Of a stretch of DNA of 64,000 nucleotides, positions 42,220 to 52,458 are shown one piece after another (the first letter of the stretch is position 1; each line of letters begins with the position of its first letter). The notes beneath the pieces were generated by a model. The model saw only the letters and a list, made by a program, of their open reading frames with translations. It was not told the DNA's origin and did not search any database. Source of the stretch: Thalassotalea marina (GTDB lineage Bacteria; Pseudomonadota; Gammaproteobacteria; Enterobacterales; Alteromonadaceae); contig NZ_BNCK01000006.1 of assembly GCF_014656435.1 (NCBI RefSeq), positions 1-64,000 on the forward strand, in the 5' to 3' direction. The position numbers and the translations under genes are program-made.

Positions 42220-43173
42220 TTATTTATCGTTATTTCGTATTGACCCATCGTCTTTTTGCCAAAAATCGAAAAAGTTAAACCATTGAAATGGGTATTGCAG
42301 CGCATAATACTCCAATCGCTGTGCATATGCAGTGATTAATGCGCTAAGTGTTTCTTTTCGTTGTTTTCTTGGTAATTTCAACTGATCTGATACTTTCTCA
42401 AAAACCAGATGAAAACCCTGTGATTCTTTTAAACAAAATAGCCAATATACAGGGCACTCTAATAAAGCGGCTAGAATAAAAGGCCCTTGAGAAAATGGTG
42501 CATCTTGACCTAAAAATGGCACGTACTCTACTCGGCCAGCTTGAGTGACACTGGTGCGATCACCAACAATCACCACCATTTCACCACCGTCGACTTTTTC
42601 TTTCAACATGATAGCCAAAGCTGGCGACATCTCAGTGACTTGAATCAAGTTTACTGACACTTGTTGATTAACACTTTGCAGCACTTCATTAAATTTGACG
42701 GCATTTTCAGTAAACACCAACACATTGATCGGTTTTTGATATTTTCCTTGGCTTAACGCCCTACACACTTCTAAATTACCTAAATGTGAGCCAATAAAAA
42801 TAGCCCCTTGGCCTTGCTCAACCAGTTGCTTAAAAGTTGAATCGTCGTTGTAGGTAATATTTTGTTGAGTAATATGACCAAGCCAAGCATCAAGTTTATC
42901 AAACGCCGAATCAGCAAACTTGCAAAAATGTTTTAGCCCAACTGTAAAACTGGGTTTAGGTACAGATGGCGATATTTGATGCGCTTTGGCGAAAAACTGA
43001 TATGACGCTTCACGTGCACTGCGGCCAGTGACACACATAAATAACACCACGGGGAATAGAAAAACCCACAACACACGACGGCCAAAGACTCGATAGACCC
43101 AAAGCAAAATTTTTATGCCTAAAATTGAGCCACGCTCTTGTTGACGTGACCAATGCTGTTTGGCCTGACTCAT
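42220..43173 (-). CDS. LpxL/HtrB-family lipid-A-type lauroyl/myristoyl acyltransferase-like protein
   Basis: N-terminal membrane anchor (ILLWVYRVFGRRVLWVFLFPVV). ~310 aa. ATGA overlap with the GT2 gene. Confidence 0.6.
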   Translation of the reverse strand: MSQAKQHWSRQQERGSILGIKILLWVYRVFGRRVLWVFLFPVVLFMCVTGRSAREASYQFFAKAHQISPSVPKPSFTVGLKHFCKFADSAFDKLDAWLGHITQQNITYNDDSTFKQLVEQGQGAIFIGSHLGNLEVCRALSQGKYQKPINVLVFTENAVKFNEVLQSVNQQVSVNLIQVTEMSPALAIMLKEKVDGGEMVVIVGDRTSVTQAGRVEYVPFLGQDAPFSQGPFILAALLECPVYWLFCLKESQGFHLVFEKVSDQLKLPRKQRKETLSALITAYAQRLEYYALQYPFQWFNFFDFWQKDDGSIRNNDK

Positions 43174-43904
43174 GGCTTCGACCTTCTAAACAGCAATTTA
43201 GGCAAGCGCAATAACATGCCAAAACAAAGTTTAGTATGCATCCAAGAAATACGGACATTGTCTTCAAAGGCACGAAAATGTGAGGTACCCGCTTCAGGAT
43301 AAATCACTTTTGTATCAATAAACTGAGTATTAGTACCTCGCCAGTACAATCGCACAAGTATTTCTATATCAAAGTCCATGCGTTTACCAATATTGACCTG
43401 ATTAATTAACGCAACACTCGGTTTTAACGGGTATACACGAAAGCCACACATGGTGTCTTTTAACTGCAAAGATAAGGTTTCGACAATGACCCAAAAGTGG
43501 GTAATGTAGCGCGCCCAATATCGATGTTTTGGAATAGAGTCATCATATACTGGCTTGCCGCTAATCACGTCTTCCGGGTGTTGATGTGACAGAGTCAACA
43601 AGCGAGTAATATCGTCAAGGCAATGTTGCCCATCAGCGTCAACTTGTATCGCGTAGTCAAAGCCGTTTGCTAACGCATATTTTAAGCCCGTTTGTACCGC
43701 GCCACCTTTTCCTTGGTTAACGTCGTGATGTAACAAAGTTAATGATGGCGTTGAGCCTTCTATGGCCACTAACTGTTGCTTAACGGTTTCGTCACTCGCA
43801 TCGTTTACCATAATGATCGGCAGCTCAAAGGCTGTTAACGCACTGATCAATGAGTCGATACATGCAACATGGTTATAATTGGGGATAACAAAACAATAAC
43901 GCAC
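43170..43904 (-). CDS. Family-2 glycosyltransferase
   Basis: CFVIPNYNH…VNDASDE…QVDADGQH (DxD). Confidence 0.75.
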   Translation of the reverse strand: MRYCFVIPNYNHVACIDSLISALTAFELPIIMVNDASDETVKQQLVAIEGSTPSLTLLHHDVNQGKGGAVQTGLKYALANGFDYAIQVDADGQHCLDDITRLLTLSHQHPEDVISGKPVYDDSIPKHRYWARYITHFWVIVETLSLQLKDTMCGFRVYPLKPSVALINQVNIGKRMDFDIEILVRLYWRGTNTQFIDTKVIYPEAGTSHFRAFEDNVRISWMHTKLCFGMLLRLPKLLFRRSKP

Positions 43905-43915
43905 TACGGTTCCTT

Positions 43916-44275
43916 TTATTCTGCTAATGTCACAATGCGACCAGAAGCATGAGTGCCTTTTTCCGATACATATTTAAAGGTAAATTTATTGGCTGATTTT
44001 TGTGTCAGAATTAATTTCACCTCTAATTCTGGTTGAATCACCACTTGAAACTTAAGCACTTCAACATTTTGCACTACATGAGACGATAAGGTTAAATACT
44101 GGCTAGCAAAATGAACCGCCCAATCTAACTGTGCAACGCCAGGCAATACAGGCGCCTGCGGGAAATGGCCTTTAAAATAGTCGATTTCAGCACTGATATA
44201 TAAAGTGAGTTCGGTTTCATCGCCAACCGTGTTTACTTTGACAAGGTCAGGCAATAAGTGATTGAGTTCAGACAA
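43916..44275 (-). CDS. FabZ/FabA-like hotdog dehydratase
   Basis: GHFPQAPVLPGVAQLDW, similar to the FabZ HFPGxPVMPG motif. Confidence 0.7.
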   Translation of the reverse strand: MSELNHLLPDLVKVNTVGDETELTLYISAEIDYFKGHFPQAPVLPGVAQLDWAVHFASQYLTLSSHVVQNVEVLKFQVVIQPELEVKLILTQKSANKFTFKYVSEKGTHASGRIVTLAE

Positions 44276-45611
44276 ACAATTTCTCCAATTCTTTCACGGG
44301 CAATTTACCTTGTGCGTTAAAAGGAAGTTCAGTTAGGTATCGCCATTTACGCGGTATTGTCACTAATTCAAAATGTTGTTGTAAATGTATTTTTAACTGC
44401 TGACTGACCTGACGTGCCCCCTCCTGTTGCAAGTGTTGCCAGCCTTTTGCATTTAATTGAACTACTGCAGCTAAAACCGTGCGCTTTCCTTCTAAGACCA
44501 ATAACTTAATATCTGTTACCCATTTATGGTTTTTACAGCACAGCTCCATTTGCGTCAGATTAACACGCTTTTCTTCCAGTTTAATGGTTCGGTCAATTCG
44601 CCCTAACAGCTTTAACTTGCCGTCAATGAGTTGACCGGTATCATCTAATGGCATGTGCTGCTGGTGAATAAACGGCGAATTTAAAATCAAGCGGCGACTC
44701 TGTGGCTCGACTTGACAACTAACACCAGGAAAAAACTGCCATAAATCATCTGACGGTGCACTTTGTTGGCGATAGGCAATGCCACCAGTTTCAGTGCTAC
44801 CGTATACTTGAGTCACAGCAAGGCCTAATTGATAATGTAAAGTCAGCGCATCTTGAATTGCCAATAAACCACCAGAACTGAAAACATAGCTCAATCTATT
44901 GGCAACGTCAGTAATTACGTTATCTTGCTTAAGCCTTGATAAAAATGCTGGGCTAGAAACCAAGATAACTTGCTGGTGTTGCTTGATTAAACTGGCAAGT
45001 TCTTCAGGGTATTCAATGGTATTTGTCACCTGACACTGCAGCTTTAACGGCAACAATGCACGAAACAAAAGTCCATAAATGTGTTGATGCGACACCGTTG
45101 AAATAAACACACTGTCAGCTTGTATCTCAAACAAGGATGCCAGTGTTGCTAATTCGTTGTTAATTAATGGCCAATCTTTAACTATCGCTTTAGGTTTACC
45201 TGAAGAGCCTGATGTAAAAAAGACAATGTTGCCTTCAGTTGGCCAAGCTAAAGGCGCATTTTCAGTTTGTTGTGGCGTAGCTTGTACTGTTGATGCGTGT
45301 TCATCTAACAATGTTTTTCCACTAACAGACACCGCACCACAGCAATAATCGACATGTTCAGCTAATTCATTAAGCGTACCTAGTTGATCATTAGGCGGTA
45401 ATACAACTGTATGTTGCTCAAGTCCTAATGCTATCAACCGAGTTAAAAAAGCATAAACATCAGCTTCAAACAACAATACCTTGGCAACGACACCATGGGG
45501 AATGCTCTGCCTTAAAACGTTCCTAAAGTGAGCAACGTCATTAATAAAGGTTGCGTCACTAAAGTTTATTGTCTTTTTACTAACTGGCGCAGCGGATGAA
45601 GAATTATTCAT
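44268..45611 (-). CDS. AMP-dependent synthetase/ligase (aryl/acyl-CoA or -ACP ligase)
   Basis: FFTSGSSGKPKAIV (AMP-binding box I) and VYGSTETGG. Confidence 0.8.
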   Translation of the reverse strand: MNNSSSAAPVSKKTINFSDATFINDVAHFRNVLRQSIPHGVVAKVLLFEADVYAFLTRLIALGLEQHTVVLPPNDQLGTLNELAEHVDYCCGAVSVSGKTLLDEHASTVQATPQQTENAPLAWPTEGNIVFFTSGSSGKPKAIVKDWPLINNELATLASLFEIQADSVFISTVSHQHIYGLLFRALLPLKLQCQVTNTIEYPEELASLIKQHQQVILVSSPAFLSRLKQDNVITDVANRLSYVFSSGGLLAIQDALTLHYQLGLAVTQVYGSTETGGIAYRQQSAPSDDLWQFFPGVSCQVEPQSRRLILNSPFIHQQHMPLDDTGQLIDGKLKLLGRIDRTIKLEEKRVNLTQMELCCKNHKWVTDIKLLVLEGKRTVLAAVVQLNAKGWQHLQQEGARQVSQQLKIHLQQHFELVTIPRKWRYLTELPFNAQGKLPVKELEKLFV

Positions 45612-45615
45612 GGAT

Positions 45616-46146
45616 TTAACTATGTTTAACTTTTTGCCTAACTAACCATTCAATGGCAAATAATAATGCAACTAGGATATACGATATCAAGCCGTTATAG
45701 AGTATCCACGCTTGTTTAGACAAGCAAAGCGCACTGTATAACGATACCGCAGCATTTAATGCAAAAAACGCACACCATACTTTTGTCACATTTTCAGTGT
45801 ATTTAACCGCTTTATCACTTAATTCTGGCTCTTTAATACGAGCAAATGTTTCAATAATACTCGGCTTATTGATCAGCGAGTAGGCAAACGCCAACATCAT
45901 AGCGATGTTAACCGCCACCGGATAAAGCAAGATGCCCAATTCATTATTGGCAAATGCAGACATCAACAACACCATCGCACCCAAAGCAAAAGCAACAGGT
46001 AACCAAGGCATTTTGGCTAACAATGGTTTTGACAAAAACAAACGTAAACTGATCAAGGCAAGCAGTGCAATGCTTAACCATCTTGGTGGTAAATATTGTA
46101 ACCCGATATAAACAACAAATGGGTAGGCTACAAGTAGCATACCCAT
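45616..46146 (-). CDS. Integral membrane protein of unknown function (aryl-polyene cluster-associated)
   Basis: Five hydrophobic helices. 176 aa. Confidence 0.5.
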   Translation of the reverse strand: MGMLLVAYPFVVYIGLQYLPPRWLSIALLALISLRLFLSKPLLAKMPWLPVAFALGAMVLLMSAFANNELGILLYPVAVNIAMMLAFAYSLINKPSIIETFARIKEPELSDKAVKYTENVTKVWCAFFALNAAVSLYSALCLSKQAWILYNGLISYILVALLFAIEWLVRQKVKHS

Positions 46147-46166
46147 TGATATGTTTAAGATTGTGT

Positions 46167-46418
46167 TTACGCGGTTAATAGTAGTTTCTCTATTTCGTCA
46201 ATCACATCTTGTACGGTTCTAACACGTCGAAATGCGTCAGGATTAATTTTCTTACCTATGATTTGACTTAACTTAACCACTAAGTCAACAGCGTCAATAC
46301 TGTCAAGTTCAAGGTCTTCATATAAATTGGCTTCAAGCGTAATATCGGCCTCGTCTATCTCAAAATCTTCCACTAAGATTTCGGTTAATGTCGCTAACAT
46401 TTCTTCTCTAGACTTCAT
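46167..46418 (-). CDS. Acyl carrier protein (second of a tandem ACP pair)
   Basis: Phosphopantetheine site LELDSIDAVDL. The ATG at ~46418 (MKSREEML…) is 8 bp after the preceding ACP stop. The track's start at 46460 would overlap it by 34 bp. Confidence 0.7.
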   Translation of the reverse strand: MKSREEMLATLTEILVEDFEIDEADITLEANLYEDLELDSIDAVDLVVKLSQIIGKKINPDAFRRVRTVQDVIDEIEKLLLTA

Positions 46419-46426
46419 GGTTTTAC

Positions 46427-46687
46427 CTACTTCTCTCTCACGCTTTCTATGAAGGCACATAAACTGTTTACTGATGCAAAGTGCTGTTTAGTTTCTTCTG
46501 AATTTGCATCTAGCTTGATATCAAAACGCTTTTTAATAGCTAAACCTAGCTCTAATGCGTCGATGCTATCTAGACCTAAACCATCGACAAAAAGTGGCTC
46601 GTCGTCTTTTATTTCGTCTACTGTGATGTCTTCGAGATCTAGTGTCTCGATTATTAACGTTTTAACATCAAGTGCTAAACTACTCAT
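46427..46687 (-). CDS. Acyl carrier protein (first of a tandem ACP pair)
   Basis: LGLDSIDALEL. 86 aa, acidic. Confidence 0.8.
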   Translation of the reverse strand: MSSLALDVKTLIIETLDLEDITVDEIKDDEPLFVDGLGLDSIDALELGLAIKKRFDIKLDANSEETKQHFASVNSLCAFIESVREK

Positions 46688-47451
46688 GCTTTTTTTAGTT
46701 CCTGTATAAAGTGTTGTTCTAAAACGGCAGTAAATTGTCTGCTCATTTTACTCATGGCTTGACCTTCAGCCATTTCAAAGTTGGGAGTGCTGTTTGATAT
46801 TCTTAAAGTGAATAACGCTCGCCTTTGTGGAATATGATACCACTTTTCAGCTTTTGTTAACGTAGTTGGCGTAACATTTATAACAACAGTGGTTATTGCT
46901 GCTCGACACCTTAGAGCAATATTGGCTGCACCACGCTGAAACTTAATTGTTTTACCGGCAGTGGTACGTGTGCCTTCTGGGAATATAATTAGATTATTCC
47001 CGGCGGCTAACGATTGATTGCAATCGTCCATCACACCGTCTGCACTGTCGTTACTGATATAACCGGTATTGTTCAATATCGCTTTCATAAAAGGATTTTT
47101 GAACAAACTGGCTTTAACCACACAATCAGCATTGGGAATAATAGAGATCAACACAACAACGTCAATTAAAGACGGATGATTAGCCATAACAATATGGCCA
47201 CGTAAATTATTTAATTCTTGTTTGTTTTCAATGTTAAATCGAATAGTGCCGGTAATGTTCAATACCTGTACAAAAAACTTAAAAAGATAATGCACCATTT
47301 GGCGAGTTTTTTGGTTTCGCACCATTTGATCGCGATACATTAAACGTTGTAAAGGACAAACAAAAATTGAAATAAGTAGCCCACCAAGACCAAACAAGGT
47401 GAAACAAAATGCCGTTGAACACAATCGCCAACAATAACTTAAATACTTCAT
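46684..47451 (-). CDS. 1-acyl-sn-glycerol-3-phosphate acyltransferase-like (PlsC family)
   Basis: HxxxxD acyltransferase motif in MANHPSLIDVV. FPEGTR motif. Confidence 0.75.
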   Translation of the reverse strand: MKYLSYCWRLCSTAFCFTLFGLGGLLISIFVCPLQRLMYRDQMVRNQKTRQMVHYLFKFFVQVLNITGTIRFNIENKQELNNLRGHIVMANHPSLIDVVVLISIIPNADCVVKASLFKNPFMKAILNNTGYISNDSADGVMDDCNQSLAAGNNLIIFPEGTRTTAGKTIKFQRGAANIALRCRAAITTVVINVTPTTLTKAEKWYHIPQRRALFTLRISNSTPNFEMAEGQAMSKMSRQFTAVLEQHFIQELKKA

Positions 47452-48164
47452 AAGGCGAGCTTTATTTGACCTGTGTTTCTTGCGCCAACAATATGATGTT
47501 CCGCTAAACTATTGTTGTTCATTGCATCAATAAAGGCGATGGCCTGAGGTATATCTTTATCTGGTAGCGTTTCATGACTTGGTATCAAGTCAAAAGTACA
47601 AGCTCGGCCATGTTCGGCTTGTTTTGACAGGATAAAAGCAACGGCATGATCAATTTGCTTTTCATCACTGAAAACTTGGTATTCTTCGGGTAATGCTTGG
47701 TCACAATGTATAACCAATATCTCTTGGATTTCAGAACTTTTTAATCTGGCGTAAGCATCAATAACACCAGCTAAAAATGTATCTTTACCGGCTGATACCG
47801 TATTGGATGCAGCAACGTTGTTAGTCAAAATACTCAATAAACCTGCTGACGCGTTATGCACCGACATACTAAAAGCCGTAGGTGATAGACTTTCTTTAGC
47901 AGCGACGGTATCGAGTAGCCCAGCCGTTTTATGAATATCGCCGTGCCTTGTAGAAAATACCACGGGGATTTCTTCTCTTCCGTCTAAAGCTTGGTGTGCA
48001 CAGTGTAGCGCTATTTTAGTAAAAGCACTTAACCTGCGCCTTTGCATTGCGGGCACCCAATCTAAAACGGGTAATTGTTCCTTGGCAAAACGTTGACTTG
48101 AACCCTGTTCAACTATACTCGACTCTGCAATTAGGTAACTTAAATGATGAATGTAAAATTGCAC
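47448..48164 (-). CDS. Ketosynthase-like protein (KS N-terminal-domain / chain-length-factor-like). First gene of the operon
   Basis: 238 aa with a thiolase-like N-terminal half and no complete Cys-His-His triad. GTG start preceded by AGGAAC. ATGA overlap with the PlsC-like gene. Confidence 0.55.
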   Translation of the reverse strand: MQFYIHHLSYLIAESSIVEQGSSQRFAKEQLPVLDWVPAMQRRRLSAFTKIALHCAHQALDGREEIPVVFSTRHGDIHKTAGLLDTVAAKESLSPTAFSMSVHNASAGLLSILTNNVAASNTVSAGKDTFLAGVIDAYARLKSSEIQEILVIHCDQALPEEYQVFSDEKQIDHAVAFILSKQAEHGRACTFDLIPSHETLPDKDIPQAIAFIDAMNNNSLAEHHIVGARNTGQIKLAL

Positions 48165-48424
48165 GTTGTTGTTCCTAGTATCGAGTATATTTTGGTTACT
48201 TTTAAATAAAGCGGCGAATTATATCTGTTTATTTTTGATATTCAATCTTTCTATTCTTTGAGAAATAAAACATATAGTTAACCACCCATTAACACTGTAT
48301 CAACTTGGTTTATAAACTCTTTGTTCAATACATAAAAAACATCATTAAAACAGTAAATAAGGCTATTAAAAATAGCGATCTGAATTATACTTTTTTCAGT
48401 TGTAACAAGGATTAATCAATACCC

Positions 48425-50059
48425 ATGAATATTTCCACTATTAGAGTTAGATATACATTACTGTTTTCTATTATTGCCCTGTTATTTATTATTTCAATGG
48501 CTTTAAATTATTCGCTTATTAGTAAAACTGAAAGCGGCATTACCAGTTTTTCAAATACCTACAATCCTGCTATTTCTGCGGTACTTAATGCTGATAGAGA
48601 TTTATATCAAGCCAGAGTTGCTGAATTACAATTATTGTCCACTTCGCCAGGTTCAAAAGCAATTTCTTCTTTCAAAACTGATTTTGAAGAAAATGCCAAA
48701 CAAGCCTTGGACAGAATGCGCCAATACCAAGGCTTAATGTCTGGTTCTCCTGAAGTATTAGCCAAACTTAGCGGCTTTGACCAAGCCTATGAACAATGGA
48801 AAAAACAAGCTTCGCGTGTTATCCAGCTGATTAATAGCAGCCAGTTAGCAGAGGCAACACAACTAAGCGAAGGTCAATCACTCGAAGCGTTTAACGCACT
48901 TCGAGAGTTTTACAATACCGCAGGTGAAGAAGTAGACCGCTTAAGTCAAAGCGAATCTGAACAAACGATCACTTCAGTTAACAATCAACAAGTCGTCTTA
49001 TTTGTTATCAGCACCATCATTATTGTCGCTGTTGTTTTCATTGGCTATTTTGCACCCATGAGGCTCTCCAATGCACTACTAACATTGTCGACGCAAATCA
49101 AAGAAATCAACAGTGGCGATGGCGATCTAACGCGTCGTATTAATTCAACAAGGCAAGATGAAGTGGGACAAGTGGCCAACGACTTTGATCAATTGATAGA
49201 TACACTAGCAACGCTACTGCATTCAATAGTTGAACAATCTTCACAAGTAACCCAAAGTATTGAGCACCTCGCTGATGGCGCTTCACGCATTCAGGACACC
49301 AGTTTAGCGCAAACCGAACGTGTTGAATTAATTGTGACCGCGGTAAATGAAATGTCTTATGCCATTCAAGATGTTGCACAAAATGCGCAAGAAACGGCGT
49401 CTGAAATTGACGAAGTTAACAAGCTAACTAACCAAGGAAGTGAGGTTACCCGAGCATCGGTTGAACAAATTCAAATGCTTTCTGCCGCGGTTGATAATGC
49501 AACCGACGTCATCACCAAACTTTCAGTGAATTCTTCTGAAATCGCCTCGGTCATTGATGTTATTCGTGGCATTGCAGAACAAACTAACCTGTTAGCACTT
49601 AATGCGGCAATAGAAGCAGCTAGAGCGGGAGAACAAGGCAGAGGGTTTGCGGTGGTTGCTGATGAAGTTCGTACGTTAGCCAGTCGAACACAAGAATCAA
49701 CACAAAGTATTCAAAACATGATTGAAACACTACAAAACGGTGTTAAAGAAGCGGTAAGTTCAATTGGCGAAGGTAAACAAGCGACTATTACCACAGTTGA
49801 GTTATCTCAAAAAACGTTAGAAGCATTAGAGCAAATCACTTTGGCTTCTTCACGAGTTTCGGATGTAGCCACACAAACGGCAACAGCAACAGAAGAGCAA
49901 AGCCAAGTAGCACAAGATGTTAGCCAAAACTTAACTTTATTAGCTGACCAAACACAAGAGAATATGGACGAAGCACGCCACAACGGCGACACATCAAAAG
50001 CCACCAGCCAATTAGCTTATGCGCTGGCCAATTCAGTTAACCGATTTAAGTTAAATTAA
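48425..50059 (+). CDS. Methyl-accepting chemotaxis protein (periplasmic helical sensor, HAMP, MA domain)
   Basis: Two TM helices bracketing a ~170-aa periplasmic domain. Highly conserved signalling segment [30 protein letters not shown]. Confidence 0.9.
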   Translation: MNISTIRVRYTLLFSIIALLFIISMALNYSLISKTESGITSFSNTYNPAISAVLNADRDLYQARVAELQLLSTSPGSKAISSFKTDFEENAKQALDRMRQYQGLMSGSPEVLAKLSGFDQAYEQWKKQASRVIQLINSSQLAEATQLSEGQSLEAFNALREFYNTAGEEVDRLSQSESEQTITSVNNQQVVLFVISTIIIVAVVFIGYFAPMRLSNALLTLSTQIKEINSGDGDLTRRINSTRQDEVGQVANDFDQLIDTLATLLHSIVEQSSQVTQSIEHLADGASRIQDTSLAQTERVELIVTAVNEMSYAIQDVAQNAQETASEIDEVNKLTNQGSEVTRASVEQIQMLSAAVDNATDVITKLSVNSSEIASVIDVIRGIAEQTNLLALNAAIEAARAGEQGRGFAVVADEVRTLASRTQESTQSIQNMIETLQNGVKEAVSSIGEGKQATITTVELSQKTLEALEQITLASSRVSDVATQTATATEEQSQVAQDVSQNLTLLADQTQENMDEARHNGDTSKATSQLAYALANSVNRFKLN

Positions 50060-50087
50060 TTGTTTGTTGCTGTAATTTAAACTAACC

Positions 50088-50122
50088 AAAAAGGCTGGTG
50101 TTTTATCACCAGCCTTTTTGGT
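50088..50122. terminator. Bidirectional Rho-independent terminator between the MCP (+) and GntR (-) genes
   Basis: aaaaAGGCTGGTGttttatCACCAGCCTttttgg. Confidence 0.8.
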
Positions 50123-50143
50123 TAATACCATTTGATATAACAA

Positions 50144-50890
50144 CTAAACCGAGCCTTCTTTTAAAATTTTAGCCACTTTTAAATGTTTGTCTCGGCTATT
50201 AGCAAGATGAGCTCTGGTTGCTTCTCTTGCTTGTTGTGGCTCTTTATCTTCTATCGCTCGAGCAATTGCAGTGTGTTCCTCGTGGATAATTGACAAATAC
50301 TGCTCTCGCGTTAATTTGTCGTATTCACTGATCAATGTACGTCTTGGAATTGCACCTTGGCCAATATAGCGAATAAAGCGGCCAAAATATGGGTTGCCCG
50401 AAGCATCAGCGATAGCTAAATGAAACGCCAAATCTTGCTCCATAGCATCACCACCAGCAAGCACCTCTTTACTAAAGGCTTCCAGCGCCTGCCATATCGC
50501 ATGCATTTGTTCGTCTGTGCGGTTTTTTGCTGCCAATGCAGCCATTTCAAGTTCCACTGACATACGCAATTCAACAATGTGAACCGCATCTTCTACCGAG
50601 GTAAACTCGGTTTTATCTATTGAAAAAGGTTTTTGGCTTGCCGCATCAGCAACAAACATCCCAACACCTTGACGACTAGATATTAAACCTTCGGCTTTTA
50701 AGGCGGCAATAGCTTCGCGAACCACGCTGCGACTTACACCTGCCTTTTCTTCAATTTCTTTCGCTGGAGGAAGTTTAGTTCCTGGCGTTAAATTTCCTTC
50801 AAGAATTTGCTTGCGTAAGTTGATCACCAAATCCTTGGTTAAATTACGTGAACTTTGCAGTTGCGAAATATTTAGTAGTTGCAGTCCCAT
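50144..50890 (-). CDS. GntR-family transcriptional regulator (FadR subfamily, FCD C-terminal domain)
   Basis: N-terminal HTH LPPAKEIEEKAGVSRSVVREAIAALKAEGLI. All-helical C-terminal domain of ~150 aa. Confidence 0.85.
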   Translation of the reverse strand: MGLQLLNISQLQSSRNLTKDLVINLRKQILEGNLTPGTKLPPAKEIEEKAGVSRSVVREAIAALKAEGLISSRQGVGMFVADAASQKPFSIDKTEFTSVEDAVHIVELRMSVELEMAALAAKNRTDEQMHAIWQALEAFSKEVLAGGDAMEQDLAFHLAIADASGNPYFGRFIRYIGQGAIPRRTLISEYDKLTREQYLSIIHEEHTAIARAIEDKEPQQAREATRAHLANSRDKHLKVAKILKEGSV

Positions 50891-51264
50891 GTTATTTCTT
50901 CCACACCTTCCCTTAATTCAGGGGTGTTATTTGAGCTCGCCATAAAATCATTGTAGTTTATATTATTATCGATTAAATGGCAGCGTTTAATCATATGAAG
51001 TCGGATAACAATATGAATTACATCTGTCATATTGCTATTACGAATACGAATAAAACCCCAAAAGTGAACGAATGTAAAGGCCGAGCTTTAGATTGATTGC
51101 TTTTGGAGTTGAACATTTTGTTTGATTTATCGTTTATAGAGCAAGTGGTTAAGGTCATTTTTACTTTCCTAACCACTCCCCTGCTTAAACACTTTTTTAT
51201 ATGTATGGCGAAAACACTTAATCAGTGTCACAAGCGTTTGCCATTACATTTAAGTATTTTTTAT

Positions 51265-52437
51265 TTACTGAGCTTTTTGTAATCGAATAACTTCAGCACC
51301 AGCACTTAAAAATGCACCTACACCATAAACTTCAGTTTTATTTGGGCCAGAATCACCGGGCGCCGCACCAACGGGTTGAACATATCCCAGCATGCCATTT
51401 GGTTGAATTGAGGTTTCTAAGGCATACCAACCGCGTTTTACTGTATTAATATATTCATCTTTTTCTAATAGGCCTGAATTAATTCCCCATGCTAAACCAT
51501 AGGTAAAAAAACCCGTTCCACTGACTTCTTTGTTTGGATAACCTTCTACACCGCCCAATAATCCCATTGGCCAGCTACCGTCAGGTTTTTGTAATCCTTT
51601 TAAACGTTTAGCCATTTGTTTAAACAAATCTTGATAAAATGCTTTGTGTTGCCATGTATCAGGCAAGTCTTGCAACATAATGGCTAAACCACCAAATACC
51701 CAACCATTACCACGTGACCAAAAGACTTTTTCACCATTTTTTTCACGTGCATCGAAGAAGCTAGAATCACGGAAAAATAAACTTTCTTCAGTGTCCCACA
51801 GGTAGTTATATGTCGCCATATACTCTTCATGCATAAAGTCTAAGTATTTTTGCTCATTGGTAATTGCAGCTAAACGAGCAAACACTGGTGGTGCCATAAA
51901 CAAGGCATCACTCCAGCCCCAGCGTGTTAATCTGTCGGTGCCTTTTTTCCATTCCAACGAGCCCGTCTTGCGGTTTGCCATGATCCAATCTAAGTGATTT
52001 TTTATCGGTTCAAACATCTTTTTATCACCAGATTGTAGATACAAATCAAAGTAAGCTTGTCCTACAGCATAATCGTCTGCATGATAAATACGACCTGGGT
52101 ACTTGTCATAGGTTGTATCACGAGTCCAATTGGCTTGTTCACCTCGCTCAACCACCCATTGCTGGTATCGCTCGTCACCTGAAACTTCTGCCAATTCAAG
52201 CATGCCAACGTATAACGTTGCGTTGGTCCAATTTGCAACACCATGTTGCTTAGTTAACTTACCGCCTTTGTTCCAATCTACTCGCTGTGTCCAATTGTTG
52301 ATTTGCCAATTGGCGACACGTTTCATGTTTGTTTCAATTTGCTCAACATCAGCCAGAGGCGGTGCTGACTGCTGATTTGCACAAGCCGTTAATACCAGTG
52401 CTGAAGATATAAATAATAAATGCAGTTTTTTTAACAT
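51265..52437 (-). CDS. Unsaturated glucuronyl/rhamnogalacturonyl hydrolase (GH88/GH105 family) lipoprotein
   Basis: Lipobox LVLTAC|A. WSRGNGWVFGGLAIML motif. (alpha/alpha)6 barrel-type sequence. Confidence 0.7.
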   Translation of the reverse strand: MLKKLHLLFISSALVLTACANQQSAPPLADVEQIETNMKRVANWQINNWTQRVDWNKGGKLTKQHGVANWTNATLYVGMLELAEVSGDERYQQWVVERGEQANWTRDTTYDKYPGRIYHADDYAVGQAYFDLYLQSGDKKMFEPIKNHLDWIMANRKTGSLEWKKGTDRLTRWGWSDALFMAPPVFARLAAITNEQKYLDFMHEEYMATYNYLWDTEESLFFRDSSFFDAREKNGEKVFWSRGNGWVFGGLAIMLQDLPDTWQHKAFYQDLFKQMAKRLKGLQKPDGSWPMGLLGGVEGYPNKEVSGTGFFTYGLAWGINSGLLEKDEYINTVKRGWYALETSIQPNGMLGYVQPVGAAPGDSGPNKTEVYGVGAFLSAGAEVIRLQKAQ

Positions 52438-52458
52438 GTTTACTTCTCTTGTTTATAT

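Noticed and set aside
42213-42326. N-terminal extension of the ammonia-lyase ORF (MHSDWSIMRCNTHF…)
   Set aside because: The extension overlaps the upstream gene. The ATG at 42212 has an RBS and gives the conserved HAL N-terminus, so I prefer the shorter model.
43010-43273. 87-aa Cys-rich ORF overlapping the LpxL-like and GT2 genes
   Set aside because: It is out-of-frame within two well-supported, translationally coupled genes.
51097-51282. 61-aa plus-strand ORF between the GntR gene and the GH88/105 gene
   Set aside because: It overlaps the 3' end of the GH gene and the candidate operator region, and has no RBS.
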